DNA from: Podarcis pityusensis
Taxonomy: Eukaryota
Length of the DNA stretch: 64,000 bases
NCBI GenBank assembly: GCA_964106645.2
Contig: OZ067046.1
Strand: one strand, 5' to 3'
Part shown: positions 63,646 through 64,000 of the stretch, in pieces
Layout of the letters: every line of letters begins with the position of its first letter
Numbering within the stretch: the first letter of the stretch is position 1
Program-made: the position numbers and the translations under genes
The notes under the pieces: model-generated
Told to the model about the DNA's origin: nothing
What the model saw: only the letters and a program-made list of their open reading frames with translations
Databases searched by the model: none

Positions 63646-64000
63646 CTTATTATTTATACCCTGCCCATCTGGTTGGGTTTCCTCAGCCACTCTGGGTGGC
63701 TCCCAGCAGAATATTAAAAGCACAATAAAACATCGAATATTAAAAACTTCCCTAAACAGGGCTGCCTTCAGATGTCTACTAAATGTCAGATAGTTGTTTA
63801 TTTCCTTGACATCTGAAGGTTGGGTGTTCCACAGGGTGGGCACAACTACTGAGAAGGCCCTCTGCCTGGTTCCCTGTAACCTCACTTCTCGCAGGGAGAG
63901 AATCGCCAGAAGGCCCTTGGAGGTGGACCTCAGTGTCCAGGCTGAACAATGCGGGTGGTGACACTTCTTCAGGTTACTGGGCCGAGGCTATTAAGGGATT
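63646..64000 (-). mobile_element. L2-clade LINE 3' end (continues beyond the window)
   Basis: RAFSVVVPTLWNTQPSDVKEINNYLTFSRHLKAALFREVF matches the L2 ORF2 C-terminal motif RAFS..AP.LWN.LP...FK..LK..LF. Confidence 0.88.

Overview
AT-rich, CpG-depleted vertebrate genomic DNA. The repeat content (Sauria-type SINE, tRNA-derived SINEs, L2/CR1/RTE-X LINE ends, Tigger- and hAT-type MITEs, a Penelope-like fragment) points to a squamate reptile, probably a lacertid lizard; the species is an inference. The + strand carries the last eight coding exons of PRDM5 (85, 158, 94, 161, 94, 86, 105 and 165 bp). All introns are GT-AG and the exons splice into one open frame of 315 aa with 11 C2H2 zinc fingers, ending ...[11 protein letters not shown]. 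An apparent ~2.1 kb 3' UTR and ~8 kb of intergenic DNA follow. The PR/SET exons lie upstream of the window. Most ORF-track entries are spurious. The most notable non-coding structures are: (i) a Penelope-like insertion 100 nt after an exon, with a 14-bp TSD, a perfect 86-bp inverted repeat and a sense-strand minimal type-I hammerhead ribozyme motif; (ii) a 69-bp-arm palindrome next to a MITE/SINE fusion; (iii) two solo LTRs, one with an ordered antisense promoter; (iv) several nested insertions and candidate conserved regulatory blocks. I found no evidence of a wholly new gene system. The best candidates are new instances of known mechanisms.
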